From positions 64,001-128,000 of IMG/VR virus record IMGVR_UViG_3300032123_000052: 64,000 nt of DNA; one strand, given 5' to 3'. Source of the stretch: a virus (taxonomy: Duplodnaviria > Caudoviricetes). Of this stretch, positions 17,562-26,564 are shown one piece after another. The notes beneath the pieces were generated by a model. The model was not told where the DNA came from, did no database searches, and saw nothing but the letters and a program-made list of their open reading frames with translations. A program made the position numbers and the translations under genes. Numbering within the stretch: the first letter of the stretch is position 1; the number at the start of each line of letters is the position of its first letter.

Positions 17562-18665
17562 ATGGCTTGGCCCACAACAAAATCCATTCCCGAGTGGGGA
17601 AAGCGAGATACTGACCCTAAAACTGTTGGTGCAGTTGCAGGGGCTGGTGTTTTTGGTGCAACTCACATTGATTTAAGACCAAAAGTTGATATTAAAAAAG
17701 CTCCATATCTTGGTGAAACATGGGAATCTGCCAAAAAACATATTAAGCCTGGTGACATACTTGTTGGTGGAACAAAAACAGCTCCACAAGCATATGTTAG
17801 TGAATTAAAAGATTTTAGAAAAATATTTAAACGAGCAAGAGCTCAAGGAAAGTCTATAAAAGACGCTGTTAATATAGCCAGAAAACGGGTTGATATAGCA
17901 AGTTTGGCTTCTAAACTAGGCGAACCCACCCTTTCTCATACTGCTGTTTTTGCAACCCCTACAAAAACAGCTTATGGCGGCGGCTGGTATCAGCATGCAT
18001 CTGAAGATATCCCATTAAATAGAAGAGCGCTTGGTATAGAAAGAAGAGCCCATAGGACATCTCATTATGTCATTATGAGACCAAGGGAAGGGATGAGTCC
18101 TTTAAGAGAGATTTATCGCAGGCAAGGTGCTCGAAAAGCAGTTGCCCAAGCAGGTAGAATGGCTGGAGAGGCAAAGGATTATAAAACACTTGGGAGTATT
18201 AAAGAAACTATGCTTGATTGGTTAACACCAAAACTTAGAAGCACTGAAAGAATAAAAAGTAGGGCTTTAAGAGCGGCAGAAATGTGTACTCCTGGAGGGT
18301 GGTGCTCAGTTACCGGCGCCCTCGGAACTGAAAAAACAATAGGTGGTAAGGTTGGAACAAAAGTTCTACCAAAAGATTATTTAAGATCTCATGGCTTTAG
18401 AGTTGTTGGTAAAATTGGAAAAGGACATATGACTTTAGCCCAAAAAGCATTGTTTGCTGCTCCAAGATTAGCTGTAAGAGGAGTGGTGGCCGGTGCGGTC
18501 GGTGTTGGTGCTTATCATACTGCTAAAATGTTTCAAAAAAGAAATCTTACTAGAAGTCTAAAAAATCAACCATTTGAAATAGAAAAAAAATCAGCATATG
18601 AAGAAGCCTACCAGGCGGCATTTAATGATGAGTTAGAAAAAATATCAGGTTGTAAATCTCATTAG
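17562..18665 (+). CDS. Permuted papain-like NlpC/P60 (YiiX/YaeF-like) protein with C-terminal hydrophobic helix and DELEKIS tag
   Basis: KPGDILV ... SHTAVF (His first) ... WCS (Cys last) ... LPKDY order; GGAGG RBS. Confidence 0.65.
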   Translation: MAWPTTKSIPEWGKRDTDPKTVGAVAGAGVFGATHIDLRPKVDIKKAPYLGETWESAKKHIKPGDILVGGTKTAPQAYVSELKDFRKIFKRARAQGKSIKDAVNIARKRVDIASLASKLGEPTLSHTAVFATPTKTAYGGGWYQHASEDIPLNRRALGIERRAHRTSHYVIMRPREGMSPLREIYRRQGARKAVAQAGRMAGEAKDYKTLGSIKETMLDWLTPKLRSTERIKSRALRAAEMCTPGGWCSVTGALGTEKTIGGKVGTKVLPKDYLRSHGFRVVGKIGKGHMTLAQKALFAAPRLAVRGVVAGAVGVGAYHTAKMFQKRNLTRSLKNQPFEIEKKSAYEEAYQAAFNDELEKISGCKSH

Positions 18666-18713
18666 CAAAGTAAGGCCAAAAAAAGCAAAAAAAATGTCTT
18701 ACTAGAGGATTTT

Positions 18714-19238
18714 ATGATTAATCTCGATATTTCTATGGGCGACTACCTTCTCGGAGGTCGCTTCAAAAACCAGCGCATGACGGTTAAAAGTATTGGTACT
18801 GATGAGCTTGGTCAACCGACTGTTAATAAGAAGAAGCTGCTCGCTTTCCGCATAGAAAAAAAGATGCCGGAAGATAAGCATAGTGGAAAGACAAAAAGAG
18901 AAAAAGCTGAAATAAATAAAGAGTCTAGTTTTAAAGATATTTATAGTGCAGCGTTTTATGATGAGATTGATAAGATCGCAAAGTATAACGGTACATATAA
19001 AGATCTCAATAAGCACCGAGTTCCTCTTAAGCCAGAAGAACGGGCTTTGGTTATGGCGAGAAAAGCCGTCTGGCATCATGGTCCAAATGGTGAAGAGACC
19101 CCTGCTGTATGGAAGTCGGTTGATAAGAAGAAAAAGAAAACGTATTACGTAACAAATACCCACAGAGCAATGGGTGTTTTATCATCATTGCCTGCAGCAA
19201 TAAATAGATATCACAAATTTATAAAAGGTACTGCATAA
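18714..19238 (+). CDS. Hypothetical basic protein with internal AFYDEIDKIA tag
   Basis: 174-aa ORF with GAGGA RBS. Confidence 0.7.
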   Translation: MINLDISMGDYLLGGRFKNQRMTVKSIGTDELGQPTVNKKKLLAFRIEKKMPEDKHSGKTKREKAEINKESSFKDIYSAAFYDEIDKIAKYNGTYKDLNKHRVPLKPEERALVMARKAVWHHGPNGEETPAVWKSVDKKKKKTYYVTNTHRAMGVLSSLPAAINRYHKFIKGTA

Positions 19239-19657
19239 TGGAAAAAGTATCACTTAGAAGATTAAGATATGCATTAAGGGGTGATGCGCAAGGGCAGTAT
19301 CTTAAAGCTCTTGGGGTAAGAATTGGGGAGTATGCAGAACGCTATGTTATTAAAGGTATACCAGGTCGAAACGTTACTGATAAAATTTTTGCTATGCCAA
19401 TTGGTTCTACTAGGCGTTATAAAAAATACTTTTTCGATAAAGGTAAATTGTGGAAATCGAAAGGTGTTTTTCAATCGAAAGCCCCTTCATACGGCGATCC
19501 ACGGCGCACTCCTCATGCTGATTTTGATGTTAATCCAATTATAAGCACTAAAGCGCTTAAGGCTATTGCGGCTGCCACTACCGCTGGGGCTTTATCAATT
19601 GGTGCTCTCGGTGTAAAAATATTAAAACGTAATAAGAAAGAAAAGAGCATTGCGTAA
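19238..19657 (+). CDS. Hypothetical basic protein with C-terminal hydrophobic helix
   Basis: TAATG coupling at both ends; N-terminal MEKVS. Confidence 0.65.
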   Translation: MEKVSLRRLRYALRGDAQGQYLKALGVRIGEYAERYVIKGIPGRNVTDKIFAMPIGSTRRYKKYFFDKGKLWKSKGVFQSKAPSYGDPRRTPHADFDVNPIISTKALKAIAAATTAGALSIGALGVKILKRNKKEKSIA

Positions 19658-21033
19658 TGATGGGAAGTCCTACAGATACTGTATCATACACACCGGTACC
19701 GTGTATATGCAGTGGAATAATCACCAGCAAACTAACTGATACTGAAACGTATGAGGTTTCAGTTTATGAGTCTCCTTTAGGAGAGCTCAATGGTCCGGTA
19801 TATTGCACACTGATATACTCCCCAGGCCAGGATGGCGATTACAAGCAGGGTGATCGCGTTAAGCTGATGGTTTGTTTCACATTTGGTGGTGCTGAGAATA
19901 AATTTATTGATGTTGCCACCGGTATGAACAATTATATCATGGGTGTTTTTAATGAGCGGTCGCTTGCAAATATTAAAGTAGAAAATCCTATCACAGCAGA
20001 GGTTGCTGATGCAATCAGATTTGTAAATAAAAAGAGTGGCGCTGGGATTGTAGCAACTGACAACGGACAGCTTGTTATGGCAACTAGTGGTGTTATCAAT
20101 TCATTTCTCAAACCATTTGGTTATGGGGTTCATGAGAATCTCAGCCATACTTTTGCTCAGAATTATCACAGAATAATATCTCACAATCCACCTTTCTATT
20201 TTGCCAGAGAATACTTTGGAATGTATTCTGGCTCTGACATCAATGATAAGGCCAGCAGAATAAGCGAAGAAGATCACCTGATAACTTACAGGCGTTTTGT
20301 TACCCAGACGAGGTCCCCCGATAATTGGGTATCGTCGTGTGAAGGAACATTCGCCCCGTGGGTAGGTGCGAATATAGACAGTGAAGAGATTAATAAGGGT
20401 AAGGATGTCCTGTTCTCAAAAGCAATAAATTTCGGAGATTCGAGAACAACTATTGAGGTCGGTCAGCCTGGAGAATCGTTTGTTAATATCAGGGTAGACG
20501 ATGTTACGATAAGTGAGAAAAATGTTCCAGTATCTCCAGGAGCAACACCAGCTATTATGGGGAACCGGTTTAAAATGCAGATCAGCGACAAGGGCGAGCT
20601 TGACCTTAGAATAGCCGGATCGGGAACTCCGATTAAAAATCTTAATGCGTTCCATATGAGCGTAGATAGTAATGGAAATCTCACCATCCATTCTAAAGGA
20701 AAAATATCATTATCCCATGGCGATAATGACGAAGATAATAATTCAATAGTGATGGACCCGGCCAAGGGGATAGATATCACCGCGCTTAATGGGCTGAGAG
20801 TAAACGGCCAGGAAATTCTATTAAAAGCCTGGATGGACTTCTTCAATAAATACCAGGCACAATGGTGCCAAGTAACCTCAATAGGTGGGCCAGCGCCAAT
20901 CCACCCTGCGATTGTACCGGATTTTACTGCCGGTATACAGAAATTCGGTAAAGACGGTGGGTTTACATCAACTGGCAAAGACGCTCCAGCCAAAGGGGTT
21001 ATACAGGACTCTGATAATTTCGAGTCGGTATAA
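19657..21033 (+). CDS. Putative baseplate central spike (gp5/GpV-like)
   Basis: N-terminal OB-fold-like segment (GDRVKLMV); C-terminal short beta-repeat region (MSVDSNGNLTIHSKGKISL..SIVMDPAKGIDITA); contractile tail genes in the window. Confidence 0.55.
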   Translation: MMGSPTDTVSYTPVPCICSGIITSKLTDTETYEVSVYESPLGELNGPVYCTLIYSPGQDGDYKQGDRVKLMVCFTFGGAENKFIDVATGMNNYIMGVFNERSLANIKVENPITAEVADAIRFVNKKSGAGIVATDNGQLVMATSGVINSFLKPFGYGVHENLSHTFAQNYHRIISHNPPFYFAREYFGMYSGSDINDKASRISEEDHLITYRRFVTQTRSPDNWVSSCEGTFAPWVGANIDSEEINKGKDVLFSKAINFGDSRTTIEVGQPGESFVNIRVDDVTISEKNVPVSPGATPAIMGNRFKMQISDKGELDLRIAGSGTPIKNLNAFHMSVDSNGNLTIHSKGKISLSHGDNDEDNNSIVMDPAKGIDITALNGLRVNGQEILLKAWMDFFNKYQAQWCQVTSIGGPAPIHPAIVPDFTAGIQKFGKDGGFTSTGKDAPAKGVIQDSDNFESV

Positions 21034-21034
21034 T

Positions 21035-21496
21035 TTACTTAAAAAGTTTAATTGAGTTTTTAAATATATTAACTAATTGTGGTGACATATTAAATCTTTT
21101 TGTATTTATTTCTATACTTTTGTTAATATCACCATTATCATGTCTAAGTGAAGAACTTTTCCAGTCAGAAAAAAGCTCTATTAGATCAACAAGGTTCATC
21201 CCATCAATCCCATTTGAAAAATGTTCGGGATGATGACGATTGTTTTTATAATGATGATCAAGGGCGACGCTCATTCCCTTTAGAAACTCTTTATATTCGT
21301 CACTTCCATAAGTACTATTTTTGAGCCTAGGTGTATATTCAACAAATATTGAGAACTCCGGCTCCTCCAGTTTTGAACCATCATGCTCCTTTGCCCTCAT
21401 AATAATCTGCTGCATTATGTTTTCAAGGAACATGCGAACATTGTTGATGTGCTCCTTGGTTTCTTGTCTGGTGTGCTCTTCAGGACTTAACTCCAT
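21035..21496 (-). CDS. HD-like phage protein (DUF5662-like)
   Basis: EHINNV, HDGSKL, HHYKNNRHHPEHF, VDLIELFSDW. Confidence 0.75.
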   Translation of the reverse strand: MELSPEEHTRQETKEHINNVRMFLENIMQQIIMRAKEHDGSKLEEPEFSIFVEYTPRLKNSTYGSDEYKEFLKGMSVALDHHYKNNRHHPEHFSNGIDGMNLVDLIELFSDWKSSSLRHDNGDINKSIEINTKRFNMSPQLVNIFKNSIKLFK

Positions 21497-21665
21497 ACAA
21501 ACCCCTTATCAATAGTTAAAAAAAAATGATGGGAATTGTTGTACCAATTGCTTATTTTTAAAATATAAGTTTTAGGTTTCCGTTATCACAGATATTTTTT
21601 AAGATATATCGAATTGGCAATTTGAAATCCGTTGAATTATATTGTATAATATATCAAAGGTTATC

Positions 21666-21947
21666 ATGCCAATAATTAGACGAACACAATCTGTGCTTGG
21701 TAATTCTATAGTCGGTGATATTGAAAAGTTTCTTAACGACAACGCTGTTGCTATAGAAAATGATACCAACATTACCCCGGAAGATGGGGCAAAGGCTATT
21801 GCCCATGCTATTGCTTATGGAATAGCGAAGGCTTTGGCCGACACTGGTGTCCAATCGGCATTTGCTGCTGGGATATGTCCCCCTGCTGGAGGTCCGGTTG
21901 GCAATCTTATATACACTCCTTTAAGCAATATTGCCGGAGAGTCATAA
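21666..21947 (+). CDS. Small protein, paralog A (start revised to ATG 21666)
   Basis: IEKFL..N, AIAHAIAYG, QSAFAAGICPP, GGPVG shared with the next gene. Confidence 0.65.
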   Translation: MPIIRRTQSVLGNSIVGDIEKFLNDNAVAIENDTNITPEDGAKAIAHAIAYGIAKALADTGVQSAFAAGICPPAGGPVGNLIYTPLSNIAGES

Positions 21948-22252
21948 TGCCACAAAAAAGATTTTCAGTGTCTACACTGGGCAAATACCTTGAACCTAAA
22001 ATAGAAAAGTTCCTGATAGATAATATTAATCATATGAAAAAACAAAACAAATCAGTATATCAGGATGGTTCTGAAATGATTGCTAACGCAATTGCCTATG
22101 GTGTTTCCCTTGCCCTATCAAGTTCTATAATGCAATCAGCCTTTGCTGTTGGAATAGCCCCGCCGCCAGTTCCACCATCAACTGTTACTGTTGGCGGTCC
22201 TCTTGGCCAGTGGATGTATGGAGTCCTGAAACCAAATATAATAGAAACATAA
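21947..22252 (+). CDS. Small protein, paralog B (start revised to ATG 21947)
   Basis: TAATG coupling; IEKFL..N, MIANAIAYG, QSAFAVGIAPP, GGPLG. Confidence 0.65.
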   Translation: MPQKRFSVSTLGKYLEPKIEKFLIDNINHMKKQNKSVYQDGSEMIANAIAYGVSLALSSSIMQSAFAVGIAPPPVPPSTVTVGGPLGQWMYGVLKPNIIET

Positions 22253-22268
22253 AAAAAAGGAAATAAAA

Positions 22269-24473
22269 ATGATTACAGTAAACGAATCCGTTATAGAAAA
22301 GTTGTCATTTGAAAAGGTAGGAGAATATGAGCTACCTAAAAATATTTCCGAATGGGATCAGGAGATACTGGATCAGTTTTTCGAGCAAATAAGTTACCTT
22401 CCGAAAGAATTCGGTGTTGATGTAATAGTTAAAAGCGTCAATGAAAATGAGGGATACGCAAAAGGTAGCGTTGTTGTGTGGTACCAGGAAAAACAGATAA
22501 ATTTTCCTGTTATTGTGAACAATTTTAAATTAAGCCCTTTTGATGTATTTGTACATAAGGATGGTGATAAAACAAAATACGTATCAGCAAATTTGAGAAA
22601 TATAAAAAAGATTCTTTCATCTGAAGAATTGGGCGTCCCAAAAAGAAAATACCCCAAAGGGGCTTTTGAAGCAATCAAGCCGGTTGGCGGCATATATCCA
22701 AAAACGGCTGTTAACGCCAACGATGTTCCAGACTTGGGTGAATATCCTCAATTTGCAAAAATGTCCGCATGGCCACTTTTGGCTCATCAGGACGATATTG
22801 AAAAACTTGCCGTTCAAATGGAGGCTGAGGAAAATGTAGGTAAGAATTTTGTAGACAATACTGGCGACCTCATTGGTAATATTATAGAACTCAATCGGCA
22901 TAACAGAATTGTAGGCGACGATCATAAAGAAGGTATCCTAGATACTTATAAAGTAGTTAAGGCGAAGCGGGTTCTTACCGTTCTTGATTCACAATTCATT
23001 GATGTTAATCAACTCAAACCTATGGTTGCTCCGGTTGTGTGTGAGTTGAGGATGTATGAATACCCGTCTCTTGAAGATTTTATTGAGAATGGGAAGGATA
23101 TGGCTGGAAGATTTTTGGCCACCACAAATGGTAAACCAATTCCCGGAGTGGTCCTTGATACAGTGAGTAGCTATGACCTTAATCGCAGATTTGACATTCT
23201 TGAACCATGCGATCCGAGTGATAGTGAAAACGAAAAAAAGAAAGAGGAAAGAAACAGACGTGATCAGATATTTATTTCTCTTGACGGCAAGTACTATTGT
23301 AAATATGAAGATTATGATCGTACTGGTATAGGGTTTTATGGATCTAACATATTAACTCAAGATGGCGCCATGCAGAAAGCAATTCAATATCTTGCCAAAA
23401 AAACAACTGATGAATTAATTAATATTGATCCAGAGAATCGTAATGACGGTTCGGATAAATCATTCCTTGGAATCCATAGGCACATGGAAAAAATGATGAA
23501 CCAGGGTTCAGAAGATGGCTATTATGGTAAGAAATATGATGGGAATAGTTATGGTGACTTGTTTGTTATATATGGCGCTGACGATGCTTTTGAATGCCTT
23601 TCTTTTAATCGCAAATTCAGAAAATACAAAGTAAACAATTCTCATGTTTATGTATCTAAGGAAGAGGCGATTATCCCTGCAAATGTAGCCAGCGTTCAGA
23701 GGGTCAGAAGTGTTGAAAATCCTGTTTACAAAATGATTTTGGGTAAAGTTAATAAAATTTATCTCATTCCTGAAGGTGCGTTAATTATCAACGCGGCAAT
23801 GATGAAGATTCTTAATAGAGACGATTTCTTACGACCGGCCAAATCGATTCAGAAAACATACGAAGATGCTAATATCAATAAGGTCGCACTGTATGTCAAA
23901 GATGGCGGATACTATATCTCCGGAAAACCATTTGAGCCTCTTCAGAAAGTGGCCCATCTTAACGGAAAACCACTTTCGACTGATCATACTTTTAAAGCTT
24001 TACATATAATGGGTATGAGTAAAGACGCTGCAGCAAAAGCAATGAAGGTGGCTTTGGCAAAATATGCCAGCAGTGAAATACGCAACAAAGCTGTAACCAT
24101 TTATGGTGTCAATAATGATTATATTGATACCAGCGTTATTTCCACTATCGAGAAGATGGCTAAAATCAGGCAGATCATAAAAAATGAGTGCCAGAAAATG
24201 AGAATCGATCTTACTAAAGAAGCCAGCGTCCTTGATGATCCTGAAGCTGTAGATGTCGTATTATCGCTGAACTTCATCAACGAAGACAACCTGAGCGGAT
24301 ATGTTGAAAACGTCCGTGAAATGAAAAAGGTTGCTGGCGACCTTGCTGAACTTCTGGTTGCTTCACGCATGGGATTAAGCACGGTTGATGAAGACGCTGT
24401 GAAAAAGGCGATGGATGGTCTTAATACTGTAATTGTAAATCTTGAAGAGATAAAAATGGCTACTGAAGAGTAG
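22269..24473 (+). CDS. Large hypothetical virion-associated protein
   Basis: 734 aa with AAGGA RBS; multiple K-x-A sites (EKLA, QKVA, EKMA, KEAS, KKVA). Confidence 0.7.
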   Translation: MITVNESVIEKLSFEKVGEYELPKNISEWDQEILDQFFEQISYLPKEFGVDVIVKSVNENEGYAKGSVVVWYQEKQINFPVIVNNFKLSPFDVFVHKDGDKTKYVSANLRNIKKILSSEELGVPKRKYPKGAFEAIKPVGGIYPKTAVNANDVPDLGEYPQFAKMSAWPLLAHQDDIEKLAVQMEAEENVGKNFVDNTGDLIGNIIELNRHNRIVGDDHKEGILDTYKVVKAKRVLTVLDSQFIDVNQLKPMVAPVVCELRMYEYPSLEDFIENGKDMAGRFLATTNGKPIPGVVLDTVSSYDLNRRFDILEPCDPSDSENEKKKEERNRRDQIFISLDGKYYCKYEDYDRTGIGFYGSNILTQDGAMQKAIQYLAKKTTDELINIDPENRNDGSDKSFLGIHRHMEKMMNQGSEDGYYGKKYDGNSYGDLFVIYGADDAFECLSFNRKFRKYKVNNSHVYVSKEEAIIPANVASVQRVRSVENPVYKMILGKVNKIYLIPEGALIINAAMMKILNRDDFLRPAKSIQKTYEDANINKVALYVKDGGYYISGKPFEPLQKVAHLNGKPLSTDHTFKALHIMGMSKDAAAKAMKVALAKYASSEIRNKAVTIYGVNNDYIDTSVISTIEKMAKIRQIIKNECQKMRIDLTKEASVLDDPEAVDVVLSLNFINEDNLSGYVENVREMKKVAGDLAELLVASRMGLSTVDEDAVKKAMDGLNTVIVNLEEIKMATEE

Positions 24474-24495
24474 CTTTATCACACATGTAATAGCT

Positions 24496-24525
24496 AAAAA
24501 AAACTCTCAGGTCGAGTGAGAGTTT
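24496..24525 (-). terminator. Intrinsic terminator closing the RT operon
   Basis: AAACTCTCA/TGAGAGTTT stem (24501-24525); A8 at 24496-24503 reads as a U-tract on the minus strand. Confidence 0.75.
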
Positions 24526-24527
24526 CC

Positions 24528-24771
24528 AATTAACTTATCGTGGAACAGAACCTGACTGGGGTCGGGGGCCAGGCGGGTACTCACATAGCCTGGCCCGCAC
24601 AGATCCGTTGTGGCGTGCACGGCGGATCTGTGACCAGGCGGGAAATTGAATATGCTTCCCACTTTTATCGCCCATGCGAAAAAAGTTGGGATAGCCGTCC
24701 CCGCATTACACACCCTCCGAGGCGAATCGCCCCAGATGAGAGATCAATCTCTCCTTTCACGATAGTTAATT
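24528..24771 (-). ncRNA. Retron-like msr/msd non-coding RNA candidate
   Basis: Inverted repeat 24528-24545/24755-24771; internal stems 24566-24596, 24598-24632, 24657-24691, 24719-24733, 24738-24753; downstream of RT and RNase H, ending 2 nt before a terminator. Confidence 0.7.
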
Positions 24772-24945
24772 ATTTTTATTTTCCGGCAGCTTCTCTTTCT
24801 TGGAGAATATGCTTTTTATGCCGACAATAAATTTAATTGTTTGTGGAAAAATACTCTTCACAAATGATGAAGTAAAATCAACAACAAGGTTGAACTTCGC
24901 TATTATGGCACTGTGTTGCTTGTTGCCACCGCTTTTTTTTTCCAT
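24766..24945 (-). CDS. 59-aa amphipathic peptide (not in the ORF track)
   Basis: AGGAG RBS; MEKKSGGNKQHSAIIAKFNLVVDFTSSFVKSIFPQTIKFIVGIKSIFSKKEKLPENKNN*; stop lies inside the 5' arm of the ncRNA inverted repeat. Confidence 0.6.
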   Translation of the reverse strand: MEKKSGGNKQHSAIIAKFNLVVDFTSSFVKSIFPQTIKFIVGIKSIFSKKEKLPENKNN

Positions 24946-24953
24946 TATTTCTC

Positions 24954-25457
24954 CTATGGAATGGGTTGACCAGCTTTCTTTGCCTGTTTAATTTGATCTT
25001 GAGCTATACCATCAGCCATATTATTAAACTGGCTTCGAGCATGTCCCTTAACCCAATTAAACCGGAATGCTTTAAATTCGGGTGTTAAAGCATCAAGCAT
25101 TTTCCATAAGGAAATATTAAGAACCGGCTTGCCGTTGGATTTTCTCCAACCATTCCCTTTCCATGTAGGAAGATATTCATCATAGTTGTCTGATACATAT
25201 TTAGAATCAGGCCTTATAATACAAGTGTGGTTTTTAGCCTCACCATATTCAGAGTCTAAAAGTTTTTTTAAAGCCTTCATTCCTTGAATAGCAGCTAATA
25301 ATTCCATTTGATTGTTTGTAACGTTGATCCGGTAGCCGCCCCCACGACGCAATATATTATCTCCGGCATTAATTATTACATAACCATACCCACCAGGACA
25401 GTTAGCACCCCTTTGATTTCCAGAGCATCCGCCGTCGGTGTATATCGTGAATTTCAC
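24954..25457 (-). CDS. rnhA: Ribonuclease HI
   Basis: YTDGGC, TNNQMEL, PDSKYV, WVKGH, NNMADGIA: all four acidic catalytic residues present. Confidence 0.95.
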   Translation of the reverse strand: MKFTIYTDGGCSGNQRGANCPGGYGYVIINAGDNILRRGGGYRINVTNNQMELLAAIQGMKALKKLLDSEYGEAKNHTCIIRPDSKYVSDNYDEYLPTWKGNGWRKSNGKPVLNISLWKMLDALTPEFKAFRFNWVKGHARSQFNNMADGIAQDQIKQAKKAGQPIP

Positions 25458-25493
25458 TATTATTTTATCCCTTTTTAGTTAGGTGAAAGATTC

Positions 25494-26564
25494 TTACTTA
25501 CAAAACTCAATAAGTTTAAACTTCTTATTTTCAAATGCAAGAAGTTGCTTCATATACTTTTTACCCTTATCACGATCTATAGACATCAAGAATGACGCCC
25601 ATCCCTTTAGTTTTCTCAAATCACTTTTAGTTGTTTTGTCTGCGTGCTTTACAGTAGCATGGTGCACTTCAGCTCTGAATTTATGCACATCTCTGCGCTG
25701 CACTGACTTTTTAACATTAACTACTACACCGCATATTTTCAGGCGGCCGGCATTTGACTTCCATATTGTTTTCTTTTTATTCGGCGTAAACCCATATGCC
25801 CATAAAAGCTGATATGCTTTCTGTTTTATTTCTTTTTTCAGTTCAAATTTGCTCAATGTTTTACTGCTGAATGCGAGGTCGTCGGCATAACGAGTATACG
25901 CTATATCGGAAGAAGCACAATGTTTTTTCATAGATTGGTCGAACCCACGCATTACTATGTTTGCCAACATAGGAGAGGTTGGGAACCCTTGCGCAGTATA
26001 ACCCTCAAAGGTACACAGTTCTATTATCCTGTTGAATAAAGAAATGTAACCTGTTTCTCTACAATATTCAGGAATATACACTGCTTTGATTTCTTCACAT
26101 CTGAAATCACAATTTTTTGTTTTATTATAATAGAGCGATGGATGACACCTTCCATCTAGCATTCGTTCATAGCGCTTGCAATATCGACAGATGTGTTTAT
26201 TTCCGAAGATGCAATTTTTGAGATGGTCGGTTGATATAGAGTCAAAAAAATCTTTAATATCAATTTTACCAAGACTTTTTGCGCCAACATGCAGCTCCGC
26301 ATTTGTTACAATGCCTTTCTTTGCAACAAATCCATGAGCTGCCGCGTCGGCTTTATATCTTCTGAACACGCGCCAGTAGATACTTTTTTGGATGTATTTT
26401 AATCGGGCGTCTGGGGCTATAATATTTCTTTTACCCCCGCTCTTCTTTGGGATTGAGATGCGTTCAATATGCTCATTCTTAGCAGCGATTATCGCATCAA
26501 CTTCTTCTAGGTCGGCACCTAAAACCTGTTTAATGTCAAAGTTGGATACCTCAGCTTTGAACAT
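25494..26564 (-). CDS. Retron-family reverse transcriptase with Cys-rich insertion (start revised to ATG 26564)
   Basis: RNIIAP, AAHGF, region X NAELH (NAxxH), IDIKDFFDSI, QGFPTSP, YTRYADD, region Y ICGVVVN (VTG variant). Confidence 0.9.
   Translation of the reverse strand: MFKAEVSNFDIKQVLGADLEEVDAIIAAKNEHIERISIPKKSGGKRNIIAPDARLKYIQKSIYWRVFRRYKADAAAHGFVAKKGIVTNAELHVGAKSLGKIDIKDFFDSISTDHLKNCIFGNKHICRYCKRYERMLDGRCHPSLYYNKTKNCDFRCEEIKAVYIPEYCRETGYISLFNRIIELCTFEGYTAQGFPTSPMLANIVMRGFDQSMKKHCASSDIAYTRYADDLAFSSKTLSKFELKKEIKQKAYQLLWAYGFTPNKKKTIWKSNAGRLKICGVVVNVKKSVQRRDVHKFRAEVHHATVKHADKTTKSDLRKLKGWASFLMSIDRDKGKKYMKQLLAFENKKFKLIEFCK

Noticed and set aside
18663-18713. Amber read-through or genetic code 15: the TAG at 18663 is in frame with ORF 18714 with no intervening stop
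   Set aside because: 18714 has its own GAGGA RBS; TAG ends other complete genes (RNAP, 22269..24473, 44170..45648); long ORFs are intact under the standard code
25494-26564. RT as a diversity-generating retroelement or group II intron maturase
   Set aside because: It has retron-type NAxxH/ICG motifs and no maturase X domain; I found no template/variable repeat pair and no intron domain V
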